Below are positions 36,694-50,260 of a stretch of DNA of 64,000 nt, piece after piece. Both the position numbers and the translations under genes were made by a program. The notes below the pieces were generated by a model. That model worked only from the letters and a program-made list of their open reading frames with translations, made no database searches and was not told the DNA's origin. The DNA is from Vicugna vicugna (Eukaryota): contig MU058198.1 of assembly GCA_013265495.1 (NCBI GenBank), forward strand, positions 570,419-634,418, given 5' to 3'. How positions within the stretch are numbered: the first letter of the stretch is position 1; the number at the start of each line of letters is the position of its first letter.

Positions 36694-37485
36694 CCATCAT
36701 GAAAAAGTCCACAAACAATAAATGCTGGAAAGAGTGTGGAGAAAAGGAAACCCTCCTACACTGCTGGTGGGAATGTAGTTTGGTGCAGCCATTATGGAAA
36801 ACAGTATGGAGATTCCTCAAAAAACTGAAAACAGGCTTACCATATGATCCAGCAGTCCCACTCCTGGGCATATATCTGGAGAAAAATATAATTGGAAAAG
36901 ACACATGCACCCCAATGTTCATAGCAGCACTATATATACAAGGCATGGAAGCAACCTAAATGTCCATTGATAGATGACTGGGTAAGGAAGTTGTAGTATA
37001 TTTATTCAATAGAATACTACTCAACCATAAAAAAGAATAAAATAATACCATTTGCAGCAACATGGATAGACCAGGAGGTTGTCATTCTAAGTGAAGTAAG
37101 CCAGAAAGAAAAAGAAAAATACCATATAATATCACTTATATGTGGAATCTAAAAAAGAGAAAAAAGGACACTAATGAACTCATCTACAAAACAGAAACAG
37201 ACTTACAGACATAGTAAACAATCTTACTGTTATGGGGGAAAGGGGTGGGAAGGGATAAATTTGGGAGCTTGAGATTTGCAAATGTTAGCCACTATATAAA
37301 AAAATAGTTAAAAAACCCCCAGATTTCTCTTGTATAGCACACGGAACTATGTTCAATATCTTGTAATAACCTTTAATGAAAAAGAATATGAATATATGTA
37401 TGTATATGCATGACCAGGACATTGTGCTGTACACCAGAAACTGACACATTGTAACTGACTGTACATTTCAATAATAATAAAGAAA
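36694..37485 (+). mobile_element. 5'-truncated L1 (ORF2 Cys-rich C-terminus plus 3'UTR) with 18-bp TSD
   Basis: Track ORF 36699..36959 [18 protein letters not shown]...[13 protein letters not shown]; TSDs aagaatgaagaccattct (36676-36693) and aagagtgaagaccattct (37486-37503); target ttt|aaga. Confidence 0.93.
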
Positions 37486-37869
37486 AAGAGTGAAGACCAT
37501 TCTGAAATAAACCAGAGGAAGCCACGCTGAAAAGATGGAGTCATCCGCAAGGACACAGGTTGACTTCCCTCAGTGACCGAGTGCTGATCCTAGTTCAGAC
37601 CCTCCTGGATAAGATTCCTCAGCCGTGGGTTTCTTGGAGGGAGGTGATAGTGTCTTTCCTTAAGAGACTTGCCACGAGCAGAGTCAACTCTCTTTGTCAA
37701 AAGCACAGCGATTTCACTTATCAAATGATTATCTCTAGTGACTAGCCCTGGGCTTGGCACATGGTAAGTACTTGAACTTGTTTGTAGAAACTCTAAGTTT
37801 TCCAGGCCTCGAGTGTTCCAGCCAAGTCGGACATGACAGTGAATTTTCTTTTCTCTGCTCTTTTTCTAG

Positions 37870-37954
37870 TGTTCAAAGCTTCTTTCGGACACAAGCGTTA
37901 TTCAGTTCTACCCAAGCAAATTTGTCCTCATCACCGACATACTTGACACATTTG
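37870..37954 (+). CDS. VPS35L: VPS35L exon 8 [28 protein letters not shown](G)
   Basis: Acceptor tttttctag, donor TTG|gtaagt; 85 nt. Confidence 0.96.
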
Positions 37955-39469
37955 GTAAGTACTAGTCATATTCACCTTAGATCTAAGAAGTACGATTGTT
38001 TTGCCGGAAGTTGGACGGTAGCGTTGCTTTAAGTTAGGTTCCGTTGTGGTTTAAGTTATTAGGTAAATCATGAGAGAGACCAAAGCCCCCACCCCGACTC
38101 TTGCTCTCCTGCTCGTTAACAAGGGTGCCGTTTTTGAAAGAATCTTAAATTATGTGTTTTCTAACCTTCTCATAGGCTGGTAAGGAGAGTGAATGAAGCA
38201 AGGCGGCCTGGGGGGGTGGGACTCATCCACTCATCCTCCCCAGACTAGCTCTGTTCCATCGCCAGCTTCCTCGTGGCATCTGGAACTCACTTTGTTCAGA
38301 ACTGAACCTGGCACCTTCCCAGCCCTTCCCCACCCGTATGGGGTTTCTGTCTCAGCACCGTGTACCCCGTGGCCCACGCTGGAAATCTGAGAGTCTTCTC
38401 CCCTACGCCCCATGTCTAGTCCATCACCAGGTTCTTCAGTTCAGCCTCCTCAGTCTCCCCACAGTGTATCCATTTTTCTGTCCTCACGGTTAAAACTTTA
38501 GTCCAGTCCACAGTCCTCTGGCCCCTGGATGACGGCTGCAGCTCCTGTGAGGTCTTCCTGCATCACTGTGGCTGTACCTCGTCCCATGCTCCACCCCTGA
38601 AGCTGAATGCTCTTTGGGAGCCCAGCAGAGAGGTCTAGACTGAAGAGAAAACCTGGAGCCCCTTGAAGAAACGAGGTCTCCCTGCTGCTTGGCGATGGTC
38701 CGTTATGCTATTGGCAGTTTGCCCAGATCACGTAGCCTCTAGGCTGAACGTATGTTCAGCAGTGAGGTGCCCCTCAAGAACTAGGAAACAGAGTCTTCTG
38801 AGAACTGAACCCACGGGAGGTCAGATCAGACATATGCTGTCTTGCCAAGGAAAGACCAGTGGGCTCCCAACTTGGCAAGTCTTGTCTGTAGCGCATTGAA
38901 AGATCTAATGTGTCAGAAAACAAAGTGTCACTCAGAGAGACCCATTTATTTCTGCACAGGACGTGGGGGACCTGAGTGTGTTAGAACAAGTAGTGGAAAA
39001 CCTAACTCCTAATAGTCTTGGAATAGCGGGGAGCATTTATTGGCTTATGTTGAAAAGTCCAGGAGTACTTTCTGGCTTCAGGTACAGCTGGACTTAGGAA
39101 CTCAAACAATTTCTTCAATACCTTGGGTTTTTCTAGTGCTTTTTCTTGAGTTGCCTTTATTCTCAAACTCCACAAGTTGTCCTCAGCTTCCGTCAGCTTT
39201 GCTGCTAGTAGTCCCAGGACAAGGAAAGAACTTTGATCCAAGCTTTCCAACAGAAATTTCATCTCACTGGCCTGGCTTGGATCACATGTCAGTCCCTGAG
39301 CCAGTTATGGGATCTGGGGGATGAAATGTGCAGGTTATCCAGACCTGGGTTACCCCAAAGGAAAAAGGGCGAGCTCTTGACAGGTGAAAGGGGAGCGGGA
39401 GCTAACTGGTCTAAAGGAAGAGACGCCCCAGCTAACGATAGGACCTTTGGGTGCAGATGACCCTGAGAG

Positions 39470-40180
39470 GTGGCGTCAGACGATGTGTTGCAGATAAAGA
39501 GACAAAATCCCTGCCTTCGTGGGCTGGTGTGCCGGGAAGAGAGGATTCACAGAACAAATAAGTAAATTGTGTGTTAGACAATGATCAGTGCTCTGGAGGG
39601 AAAAGCAGCAAACCAGGGCAGGGTGAGGGGAAATGAGGGAAGTGGGTGGGGAGGTGGGGTGGGGCGGGCTGCACTGATAAACAGGGTGGTCAGAGGAAGC
39701 CTCGCTGAGAAGGTGATGTGTGAGCAAGCACTTGAGGAGGTGAGGGATGAGCCACAGGCTGTCAACATGGGGCTGGGTTAGGACCAAGAAACAGCCAGTG
39801 CAGGGACCCTGGGGTGGGAGCAGCCTGGCAGGTGTGGAGAACTGAGAGGCCAGGGTGGCTGGAGGAGGGGAGGGTGGGCGTGTGGGCGGCGGTACAGGGG
39901 CTGACATGGCCAGGAGCCTGCTGGGCCGTGTGGGCCACTGGAGGGACTTGGGCTTCGACCCTGAGGGCGTGAGGAGTCACTTGGGGTGTTAAGCAGAGAA
40001 GGCACAAGTTCTGATTTGGGTTTTAATGGGCTCCCTCTGGCTGCTGTGTTGAGACTAAACTGTAGGGTGAGGGTGGGGAGCAGGGAGCCCAGTTAGGAGG
40101 CCGATGCAGCACTTCAGGTGAAAAATGAGGGTGGCGTGAAGTCAGGGAGGTGGTCGAGATGGGAGAAGGGATCCTAGAAC
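39470..40180 (-). mobile_element. L2 LINE fragment
   Basis: cagggtggtcagaggaagcctcgctgagaaggtgatgtgtgagca...ctctggctgctgtgttgaga, typical L2 3' region. Confidence 0.75.
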
Positions 40181-40609
40181 GATGGGTGCGTTAAGACTCT
40201 CAGAGCTGGTACCAGTCACGCACCCCTGGGGCCTCGACTTGTCCTCATGCCCAGCTTACCTTCAGGGAGTGTGGACGTCAGTCAGTGAGAGAGGCCGCTG
40301 GCTGTGTCTGGTTTTCCTGACAGTTCTGTTTCTCACGGTGAATTAACACGCTGGCCTGCTGGTTTCCCTCGCCAGCCTCCTGCACGTTTCTTTAGCATGA
40401 GTCAGCATCCCTGAGCGCGACTAGCCCTGGGATGCCGATGAGCCTGCCGGGCTGGCTGGATCCAGACAGTAACCTTGCGAGAACTTGGGGCCGCTGTTCT
40501 GCCAGCCTCTGTGGCGGCAACCCAGCCCCAGGCGTCAGCCGGCCGGGAGGCGGTGGAGATGCCTGCCATCCATGCTGCATCCCAGAAATTAGCGGGGCTG
40601 GGAGTTGAC

Positions 40610-40830
40610 AGTAACAGTGATGAACTCTCAGTGAATAGTGTCCCTGGGCCTGACTCTGTTCTAAGTGCTTTAGAGATATTAAGTCATACCACTTTCATAA
40701 CAGCTTCGTGAGGTAGGGCCTGTAATTATCCCCATTTCACAGATGAGAAACCTGGGGCACAAGGACATAAAACAGCTTGCCCAAGTCCCAGGGGTAGTGA
40801 GTGGCAAAGCTGGGACTCAAACTGAATTTC
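40610..40830 (-). mobile_element. MIR SINE
   Basis: tatccccatttcacagatgagaaacctggggcac...ttgcccaag. Confidence 0.75.
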
Positions 40831-43769
40831 CTCTGCAATCAAAGCACCTGCTTTATTTCTCTTGTGCTTGGCTCATGGGGGAAATTCTCTCCATGAAAAC
40901 TACAAATGCGTGTATCTTTGACTCAGCAACTTCCCTTCTGGGATTTCATCCCAACAACCCGAGTGACCATCCATAGGGGACTAGTTAAACAATGGCATGT
41001 CTGTACGTTGGAGTACTGGGAGGCCCCCAGAAAGAGTGAGGATGTGCTGTGTTCCGATGCGGGAAGATCTCCAGGGTACCTCATCATCACATGAGAAACT
41101 CAAGATGCAGGACTGCTTCTGTTTTGTGTAAGAAAGGAGGAAAAATTAGAACACTTGATTGTATTCACTTATACTTGCCTGATGAAACTTTAGAAGGATA
41201 TCCAAGAAACTCATAAAAACGGGATCCCTCAGAAACTTCATTCAGTGTCTCCCATGGCCTTTTTGAATTTTGAACCGTGCGCATTCCCAGAGGTCCCCTT
41301 GTCTGGATCTGTTGCTAATAGCATTCCTCAGGACCGCGAGGCGAGGCAGCAGGTGCTCTAGGACACCTTGTTACACTTTGGGCAGTTTTCACCTTTCACT
41401 CAAAAAGAGAGTGGAACTGGCCTTGCTTGGGTGGCAGCTCAGTGGTGAGGCCCATCTATGCTCCACAGGACTGTGCGCTTCTGTGTGGGGCAGATGTCTA
41501 GTGGTTGTTGATGAGGCTGACCGAGGGTTGGAGCATCTTGCTGGGCGGGGCTGTGGGACCTGGCCCTGGGGAATCTGCAGCGGGCAGGCGTGGCTGCGCT
41601 TTCCTTGGGATTTTGCTGGGAGCGGTGAGCAGAGAGCTGGGCGCTCATGTCTTCCTGCTTTTTCCTTGCCTCTTCTCCAGGGTTGTGTGAACTTGAGCCT
41701 TGGTTTCTTCATTCGTGAGATGGGCATAGCAGACCCTGCCTCTGGGGGTTTCCGAAGAGAATTAAATGAGAGAACGTGTAGGAAGCACATGATGTTTTCC
41801 CTCTTCTGAGAGCTTGCTGGCAGGATCCGTGTGAACAGCTTAGAACAGTGCCTGGCACAAAGCAGGGTGCTCAGAAAATGTTAGCCATTGTCACTGATCT
41901 ATTTTAGTGTCCTTGCTTTATAAGAATGAATCAAGAAAGGAACTAAATCTAGGATCAGGTATTATTTCTTAAAATAGTTGTCCACTAACTTAACAAAAGA
42001 AAACAAATATTCACCAAATTCATTTGGCCAAAAATGAATTTCCAGTTAAAGACTCCTTAGAACATGAAGGTGAAATATACAAATTGTGTGTGAGTGTGTG
42101 TGTGTGTTTTAAGAAAGCTAGCTTTAGAGAGATGGCAAGCTTTTAGTGGAGGAAGTAAAGGCATTTTACTTAATACCTTTCAGTAAGCCCGGGCCACAAA
42201 CCCTAGGAGGTGTGAGAATTTACGTGGTTGCACAGCGTGGCTTGCTGTGCTGGGCAATGGCCGAGGTAAACAGCATGCAGTCACAATACCAGGGGTTTTG
42301 GGGTCATCTCAAAGGAGGCCTCTCTCATCGCCAGGTGTGGCTGCCGTAGGGAGCCCTTGATGGCAGGTAACCAAACACTTCCTGCCAGGAGGACAAGGGC
42401 AGGTGGCGTTGGGAACCCGGGCTTGATCCCTGAGGCTTCCTTGGAACTTCTAAATTGAATCCGTGGTTTGGAGCAGTGGTTCTCATCTTCAGCTGTGTAC
42501 CTGGGGAGCTTTAAAAACACTTCCAATGGTCAAGCTGCGCCCCAGACCCTTTACATCAGAACCTCTGAGGACAGATGCAGGCATCTGCATATTTTCAAGC
42601 ACCCCAGGTGCTCTGAGTGCTTGGCCGAGGTTGAGAACCCCTAGAGGGAGGAGGCAGGCTTTTGGCAGTTCCTCGAGATTCCCGCACTGAAGGCGAGTTT
42701 CAGCTCAGAGACCCATGGTGCCTGCCTAAATGACTCACACTTGAGTGTGCATCAGAATTCCCCAGCAAGGCCATTCAAAATTCATATTCTTAGTCCTTGC
42801 CCTCCAAAATATTCCTTTTCACTGGCTCTGAGGGGGAACCCAGGAATGTACATTTTCAGTGTGTGTCTTTTAGATGATTGTAATGTAAGTAGTCCACACT
42901 CGGAGGGGCACCTAGAGGGCTCCTCTCAGCCTGGCTGGCTTCCCGCACGGAAACCTCGCATTGTGTCATTCCTTGATAATGTCGTTTGAGCTCATGTTCT
43001 TTGACCAGCAATGATCCTCATAACTCTCTTGTCTTTTTCTACATGTGGACAAAGTGTGTGGTTCTTTACAACTCTGAATGGTGGGGTTGTGGGGGGAACA
43101 ATCAGCATGGGGAAATGCTTTTGACATTAAAGGTGATTTGGGAGGGCCCAGAAAATGAATAATTATAACTTTTATCCTTTGAGTATTGATTGTATTTTCC
43201 ACAATACATGTGCCAAATAAATAAAACTTTTTGTGCTAGGTTAGGGGTTGGCCTGTAGTCCAAGTCCAGACTGACTGCACACTTGTTTTTATAAATAAAG
43301 TTTTATTGGGACCCAGCCACATCCATTTGTTTACATACTGTCTGTGCTGCTTCTGAGCTACAGGAGCAGAGCTGAGTAATTGCAATAGTGATTTATGACC
43401 TACGCAACCTAAAATATGTTCACCTATTCATCCAGCAAAGATGCAGCACCCACTGTATGTCGGGTACTAATCTAGGTACTGGGGATGTGTTAGTTAACAA
43501 AACAGACACAAATCTCTGCCCCTGTAGGACTTGTGTTCGTAGGTGAATCTCAAATTCTGTTGCTTCCAGGCACCAGACAGATCATGTACATGAGTGAAGC
43601 AGGCTGTTGATGAGAGACAGTAGGGAGCAGCGGGGACTGTGGCAAACCAGGTCGTATATGCACAATTTCAGGGGCAACTACTAATCTGTTCAAGCTCATT
43701 CTTACCCTATAGGGAGGTGGGTCATTTTGGGCCCATAGTTTGTGAAGAAGCAGGAAATTTGGGGTTTTT

Positions 43770-44545
43770 TTCTTCCAGTTTTATTGAGATATAATGGACA
43801 TACATCACTGTATGAGTTTAAAGTATACAGCATAATGATTTGACTTACAAACATCATGAGATGATTACTACCATAAGCTCAGTGACTATCCATTATCTCA
43901 TAAAGGTACAAAATTAAAGAGATAGAAAAAAATTATTTTTTCCTTGTAGTGAGAACTCTTAGGATTTATTCTCTTAACTTTCATAGATAGCGTACAATAG
44001 TGTTAATTATATGTATCATGTTGTACATTACATCCCTAGTACTTATCTTATAACTGAAAGTTTATACCTTTTGACTGCCTTCATCCAGTTTTCCCTCCTT
44101 CCACGCCCCACTTCTGGTAACCACAAATCTGATCTCTTTTTCTGTGAGTATATGTTAACTTGTTTATTTTTGAAGTGTAATGACCTACAACCCTGTGTTA
44201 GTTCTTGTTACTCAATATAGTGATTTGATATTTTTATACATTTCAAAATGATCACCATGATGTCTAGTTATGATGTCACCATACAAAGATACTATATAAT
44301 TATTGACTCTATTCCCCACACTATACATTTCATACCCCTGACTCATTAATTTTGCAACTGGAAGTTTGTCGGTCTTAATTTCTCTCACGTATTTCTCCTT
44401 CCCCCTTCCCCGTGACAACCATCTGTTCTGTCTGTGACTCTGTTTCTGTTTCGTTTATTCATTTTTTTTGTTTTTTAGATTCTACATATAAGTGAAATCA
44501 TCCGTTATTTGTCTTTCTCTGTCTGACTTATTTACTTAGCTTAAG
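43770..44545 (-). mobile_element. L1 3'UTR fragment(s), L1MA9/cetartiodactyl type
   Basis: ttttattgagatataatggacata...ccacttctggtaaccacaaatctgatctc...tagattctacatataagtgaaatcat. Confidence 0.82.
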
Positions 44546-44773
44546 TGAAGGATCACTTTCCTGCCTCTTAACAGGAAGTAAAATTTTAATTTACTTTTAA
44601 AATTAAAAAACAAGAAACATGGCTTAAAATTTGTCCCACTAGGTGGCAGCATACTATCACAAGTTGAAGCTCATCTGGGCGATGCCATCTCTGTGTCCCT
44701 AATTAATAAACGTTAATTTAGTGTTTGCTCCTGAAGAGTGCGATGCTGACACCATCTGTCCTTTTCTCCCCAG

Positions 44774-44833
44774 GAAAGCTGGTGTACGAGCGCATCTTTT
44801 CCATGTGTGTGGATAACCGCAGCATCTTGCCAG
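44774..44833 (+). CDS. VPS35L: VPS35L exon 9 (G)[19 protein letters not shown](D)
   Basis: Acceptor ttttctccccag, donor CAG|gtaatg; 60 nt. Confidence 0.96.
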
Positions 44834-45902
44834 GTAATGTCATAAGCTGTTCCATGGGTTTCATTCTGCCCTCGAGTCAGGATTAAAAAGTTTCTATCAT
44901 ATCAGGATTTATTGAAACCTAGTTTTTTAAATTTTTGGTATGTTAAAAGAAACACCGTTACAGATTTCTGATCATCTCAGTCTTCTGAAAACTTTCGATC
45001 TTTTGACAACCCGGCTAGGAATTTCGGCAGGTAATTTGAATCTGCAGGAATGAAAAGGTATTACAGTTAGATTCAGCTGAACTTTTATACCAACTTAAAT
45101 TCTTCTGCTGCTTGACACTTTAATATTTTTCCTAAGAAGCAAATTTCTTTTAGAAAAATAACTCTATGTGTATACAAAAGAACGATGTCAAATAAATCAA
45201 TAATAACAGCTGCTTTGAATCTACAATCTACTCCCAAGTGATGTTTGCGTTAAATTTACTGTCACTCAATTTTAAACTCTCAGGAGGTTATAATAGGACA
45301 CCTAGATCGCAGATTTCTTCCGTCAGTGTAAATAATGATGCTGCGGCTGGAAGCATGAAGCTCTCGGCAGCGGTGTCCTTTTCCTTTCATTCCTCCTTGC
45401 AAGTTCCTAGCACTGCTGAGAGGAAACGAGCTCATCTGCACAAGTTAGCACAACAGGCGCCTCTACTGTCAGCCCACCTCCTTCTGCTTCTAGTAACCGC
45501 ACCTCCGGAGGATGAAGAGATGCTATCAGTGACAGTAACCCATAATTTGACCTCTTTTCTCTCTGTCTGCGTACGTGCGTTTATCTGTCTCCTGTCTTTT
45601 TCTTTTTTTGTCTTTCTGTCTTTCTTTTCTGTCACTTTCTTTCCTTTTCTTTCTCTGTTTCTTTCCTTTCTCTTTCCTTTTCCTTCCATCCTTCTGTCTG
45701 TTTGCATTGTTAAAATTATTTAATTTACACAGTTCTCAGAAAGAAAGACGGATAGACAAAACTCTACAGACCTTTAGGGCTAGAAAAGCTGTTAGGAAGC
45801 ATCTCGCCTTATTGTAGATGGGCAAACCCAGTGGGGAAGGGTCAGGGACTTGCCCCCAGCCCTGCCACCAGCTAGTGAGAGGCTGACTCTTAGCCCTGGA
45901 CC

Positions 45903-46150
45903 TGCACTGTCCAGTATGGTGACCACTGGTCTCGTGGGGCCCGTGAGCACTAGAGATCTGACCAGCCCAAACTGAGATGTGCTATGAGTATAAAAAAACA
46001 AAACACAACAAAACTGAATTTTAGAGACTTAATACAGATAAAAGACCATAAATTATCTCACTAATTTTTAAACTGATTACACGCTGAAATGATTTTTTGG
46101 GATGAATGGGGTTTTACCTTTTTGAATGTGGCTCACATGACGTTTCCACT
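45903..46150. mobile_element. MER3-like hAT-Charlie element
   Basis: gcactgtccagtatggtgaccactg...aactgagatgtgct...aatgtggctcacat. Confidence 0.6.
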
Positions 46151-47589
46151 GGGCAGAGCTGCTCTGGGCCCTCCCCTCCACCACATCACACCGGTGATGT
46201 TTCGTAACAGCTCCTTCCATATTGTAGGCTTCTCAGGACCGGGAGGCAGGGGCCAGCCTGCGTGGAAAGGCCTTCTCTGTCAGTGGAAGGAGTGGGGAAA
46301 AATGGGTGCATTTATTTCACACTTGCCAACTTTTCTTCCCGGTGCTATGCCAGCAGCAGTAAACTCAGCCCGCAGGAATTAAACCCAGATAGGTGTTTTC
46401 TTTGGCTATAACAGAATTAAAAAAATTTTTTTTGATATAGGTTCTACTTCTTCCTGTTGTATGTATAATTGTTGAAAAATATTTATATTACCTGTCTGGC
46501 TCCCAGAGACATTTGAGTTTGAACCTACTGCAATGGTGTTCCTTCCTCCCAATTTTCTCTAACTATACAAACAACATTTTAGGGCTAGTTAAGGAAAAAG
46601 TACTAATAACTTTCTCCTACATAGGCTATAAAAGTTCAAAATAAAAGGCTATTTTCATAGTCACTTCCAGTTCTTGTCTACATAAATTAATTAGCACACT
46701 TATCACTAATTCTTCCCTCCCCAGATACCTATTTTTATGTTGATCAATGCAAAACCAGCTTTTGTTTTTTAAAAAATAATTTCATTTTCCCATCTTTCGG
46801 TTCAAAGCTTCCTCTGCATATGTTTTCTCTGTTTCCAAGAACCTGACAGAGAAAGGGGCAAACTCTTCTCAAAAATGCCAGTGGTCTTGAGGATGACTCT
46901 TAACAATAATTTTGAAGAAAGCTTTTGAAACCTAATGTGCAGAATTCTGCCTAAAGAAATTATGTACAGAGAGAACTCCCGTGGCATGTGTACTCATTCT
47001 TTCCATTTGAATCAAGTTCAGACTGTGAACTTAGTATTTGAGCCCTTTACCTGCAGGAGTTTTAACTATGGCAGAGCCCTAATGAGCTCAGAAGGATACT
47101 GGTGTCCTTTGGGTTCATGGAAAGTACATGGCTGCTAGATGTGGTAATTTTTTCCCAACATTTCTTAATCCAGCATTATAAGTGAAGACACCATGTACTT
47201 GAAGTGATAAAACAATTTTATTTCCATCTTGGGGGAAATAATTTGGGTTTATTTTGTTGTGGTTCTCATCATCAACTGTGGGCATTCCTGTCTTCAGTTT
47301 TTCCCCGTGGCCGACGTAGGCTGCATCTGGATGAGCAGTGTCCTCAACTGACCCGGCCTTTCAAGCACATATTAAGATGCCATGACATCCCTATAAGCAC
47401 TGTTACGTAAAGAGACCTCTCACTGCCAGGGCTGAGACTTGGCAAATGAAAGGGAGCTAGACTCGCTGGTCTCCTCCCTCCTCCTAAAATATCCACCGAA
47501 GTTCAGGGTTGAAAGCAGCAGCACCATAAAAGAAAAATAAGTGGAAACTAGAGGAAAATATCTCTGCTCTTTGTGACGTCGACATCTCT

Positions 47590-48230
47590 TCTGAATTAAT
47601 CTCCAAATTGTGACTTCATTCTCCATGTAGCAGCCCAAGCACTAAAGTATATCCTGTCCCGTCCTGTCGTTCCTCTACCCTTGAGGGAGTTTCCATCGCA
47701 CTTAGTGAAACTCTCAGACTCCTTGGCAAGGCCATAACCGCATGTGACCTGGCTTGTGATGCCTGCTTCTCCCCTTCCTGCTCTCGCCACGTTGGCTCAC
47801 TTTCCTGTTCTTTGACCACACCAGAGGTCATGCGTACCTCAGGACCTTTGCACTTGCTGTTTCCTCCTCCTGGAATACATTTCCTTCACCTCTAAGCTTG
47901 GCTGGCTCCTTTTTATAATTCAGGGCGCAGCTCAAATGCTGAGTATGCAGGAGCCTTCTCTGACCGTCACCCTGTCTAATGAAACTGCCTCCCCTGCCCA
48001 TTACCCAGGTCACTTTGTATTCCGTACTTAGTTGCATATCTTTCATAATGTTAACTGCAATTGAATATTACCGTATTTGTTTGCCTGCTTATTCTTTTTC
48101 TGTGTTTATTATGTTTCTTCCCCTACTGGAATGTAAACTTCATGAGGGCAGGATCTCTCTTATGTACTGTTTATCTCCCCAGAGCTGAAGATACTACCTT
48201 TGGTTCCTAAAATGTCCATGTTGAGCAAGT
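47590..48230 (+). mobile_element. L2 LINE 3' fragment
   Basis: cctcaggacctttgcacttgctgtttcctcctcctggaat...gaatgtaaacttcatgagggcagg. Confidence 0.78.
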
Positions 48231-49839
48231 GAAGTAAAGGGATGTAATATTTAGTTTGCTGTAACATTTTTTTCTTCCGGTTTTATTTATTTACTTTTTT
48301 CTGTAATATTTTGAAGTCCTGCATAACATAATCCTACTCTGAAATTATCCCTTGAGCAAGAAGGAAAGCCTAAATGCCTTTGGATTGTACGTGCAGATTA
48401 TTGTAGGCCTTGTAGTTAGTGTGTAACCCGCAGGGCAACTTGCCTTTAGTGTGATGTCCAGCACTCTCTGGCAGCTTGAATCACTGTCCACCCTTTACTG
48501 CACCTCCATTCCCTCAACTGGAAAGTGAGTGTTTTTATTAGATGACCTCAGAGACTTATTTTTGCTTTTGGGTCTCAAGTCATATGATTCAGTCATATGA
48601 AGGGAAATTAACCCCACCTCTCCCTTTTCCAAAAGGCAAGATTGACAAATGAATTTGAGAATAACCCTTATCTCTTCCTGTCTGGATCTCTTGGAACTTG
48701 AAAAAGTTACTTTTAAGTGCACGGGGTTCAGGCCAGGAAAGGGAAAATGGTAATTTCCCTTCCCTTTGAAAATGGCAAGCGAATAATTCTCCAATGAATG
48801 AAGCATGCCAGAACATCCAAAAATAGATAAATACTTGAGATTGCAGTTCCAAAATATCTGCAGTTGTGATTAGTGACTGTTCCGTGCTCTTGAAATACCT
48901 AGAGTTTTATCATTTCGCTGATTCCATAGGAATTTTGATCACCTTAATTGTGTACCACCGAGGAGCAGAAAGAAGAATCAGGGATGAAAAATGACTCACT
49001 AACGACAAGATGAGACCAACAAACTAATATTCATTTGCTGTGTTCTAAAGGAATTTAGATTGAATCCTAACCGTGTAGAGCACAGCCCGTGGTGGGATCA
49101 GGCTCCAGCCTGTGGAGATTATTTAGAAGAAATCACTTTCAAGTGAGAATTCAACAGTGGCCTTCTTGCTATTGAGTTTTTTGTTTGTTTGCTTTTGTTT
49201 TCGTATTTCCTTATGCTTTTCCATTTCTCATTAAGATGTGTGTCATGGTTGGGCTTGGGTGTCACTGCCAGAAAACTCAAAAAGTTACAGTACAGAAGGT
49301 CAGGGCTAGCGGGGCAGCCAGCCCATGGTGCCAGCAGTCCTGACTTCTGTCTTGTTCTCGTGGTTCAAGATGGTTGTGGAGGTTCCAGCCATTGTATCTG
49401 CATTCCAGCCAGCAGGAAGGAAGGAGTGAAGATGAAGTTCCTTCCCTTCCAGTTAATCTCCTAAACATTGTCCTACTGTTTATATCCTGGGATGAGAACT
49501 TGGTCGCATGGCCACCCTGAGCCGCAAGGATGGCCATATGCCCAGCAGAAAATGAGAGTTCTGTTATTAAAGAGGAAGAGAACAGATAATGGGGGCAAGT
49601 GGCAGTTTTGCCGCAAGGTGACTCAAGTCTTAGCGCCATAATTGAGCTGGCAGCCTAAACCTGGCTGGTTTCTCACCTCAGGGTCTTGATTCACCTTCAG
49701 GTCTCGTCTGTGTGGTATTTAGAGCACAAACTTGGGTCACATTTCTTGTTACAGCTGCAGGTTCCTCAAGCATCTGGAATGCTTAACAATACCATCATGG
49801 TTACTGGTAGGTAGGCCAGGAACCTCTGGATTAAATCAG

Positions 49840-50090
49840 AGGCAGTGGCTAAGAACGTAGGCTGCGGAGCCAGATTGCCTGAGTTAAATTCCAGGTCTTG
49901 CATCTGCTTACTGTGTGCCCTGGGCAAGTCACTAAACTTCTCTGTGCCTCGGTCTCTGTGTCTATAAAAGAGGACAATAAAAGTACGAAGCTCAGAGGGC
50001 TCTTGTGGGGATTAGGTGAGCTGACATCTGTAAAGCACTCTGAGCAGCACCTGGCACTTAAGAAGCCCCTGTGTGTATGCTGTTACCATC
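49840..50090 (+). mobile_element. MIR SINE
   Basis: ctgtgtgccctgggcaagtcactaaacttctctgtgcctcgg. Confidence 0.75.
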
Positions 50091-50260
50091 ACCAGTTGGT
50101 TCCTAATAATAATGATATTTGGAAGGAAAGACATAGAAGGACTTGGTGCCCCTGCTCCTTCTTCTGCTCCATTGTAACATTTTCCTATCCCAGGACTCAA
50201 AGCGGCTGTAACAGATCCCAAGAATTAGGAAGGCTGATGGGTATTATTTTTGTATTACAG

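Noticed and set aside
36699..36959. Zinc-knuckle-like protein gene
   Set aside because: It is the Cys-rich C-terminus of L1 ORF2p in a 5'-truncated, TSD-flanked and frameshifted copy.
41270..41809. 179-aa ORF, the longest in the track
   Set aside because: TTG start, runs into a MIR fragment, has no recognisable domain and no fit with the VPS35L exon chain.
45238..45817. Hydrophobic or Lys/Arg-rich ORFs suggesting a membrane or basic protein
   Set aside because: They are produced by the CT-rich low-complexity tract at about 45555-45700.
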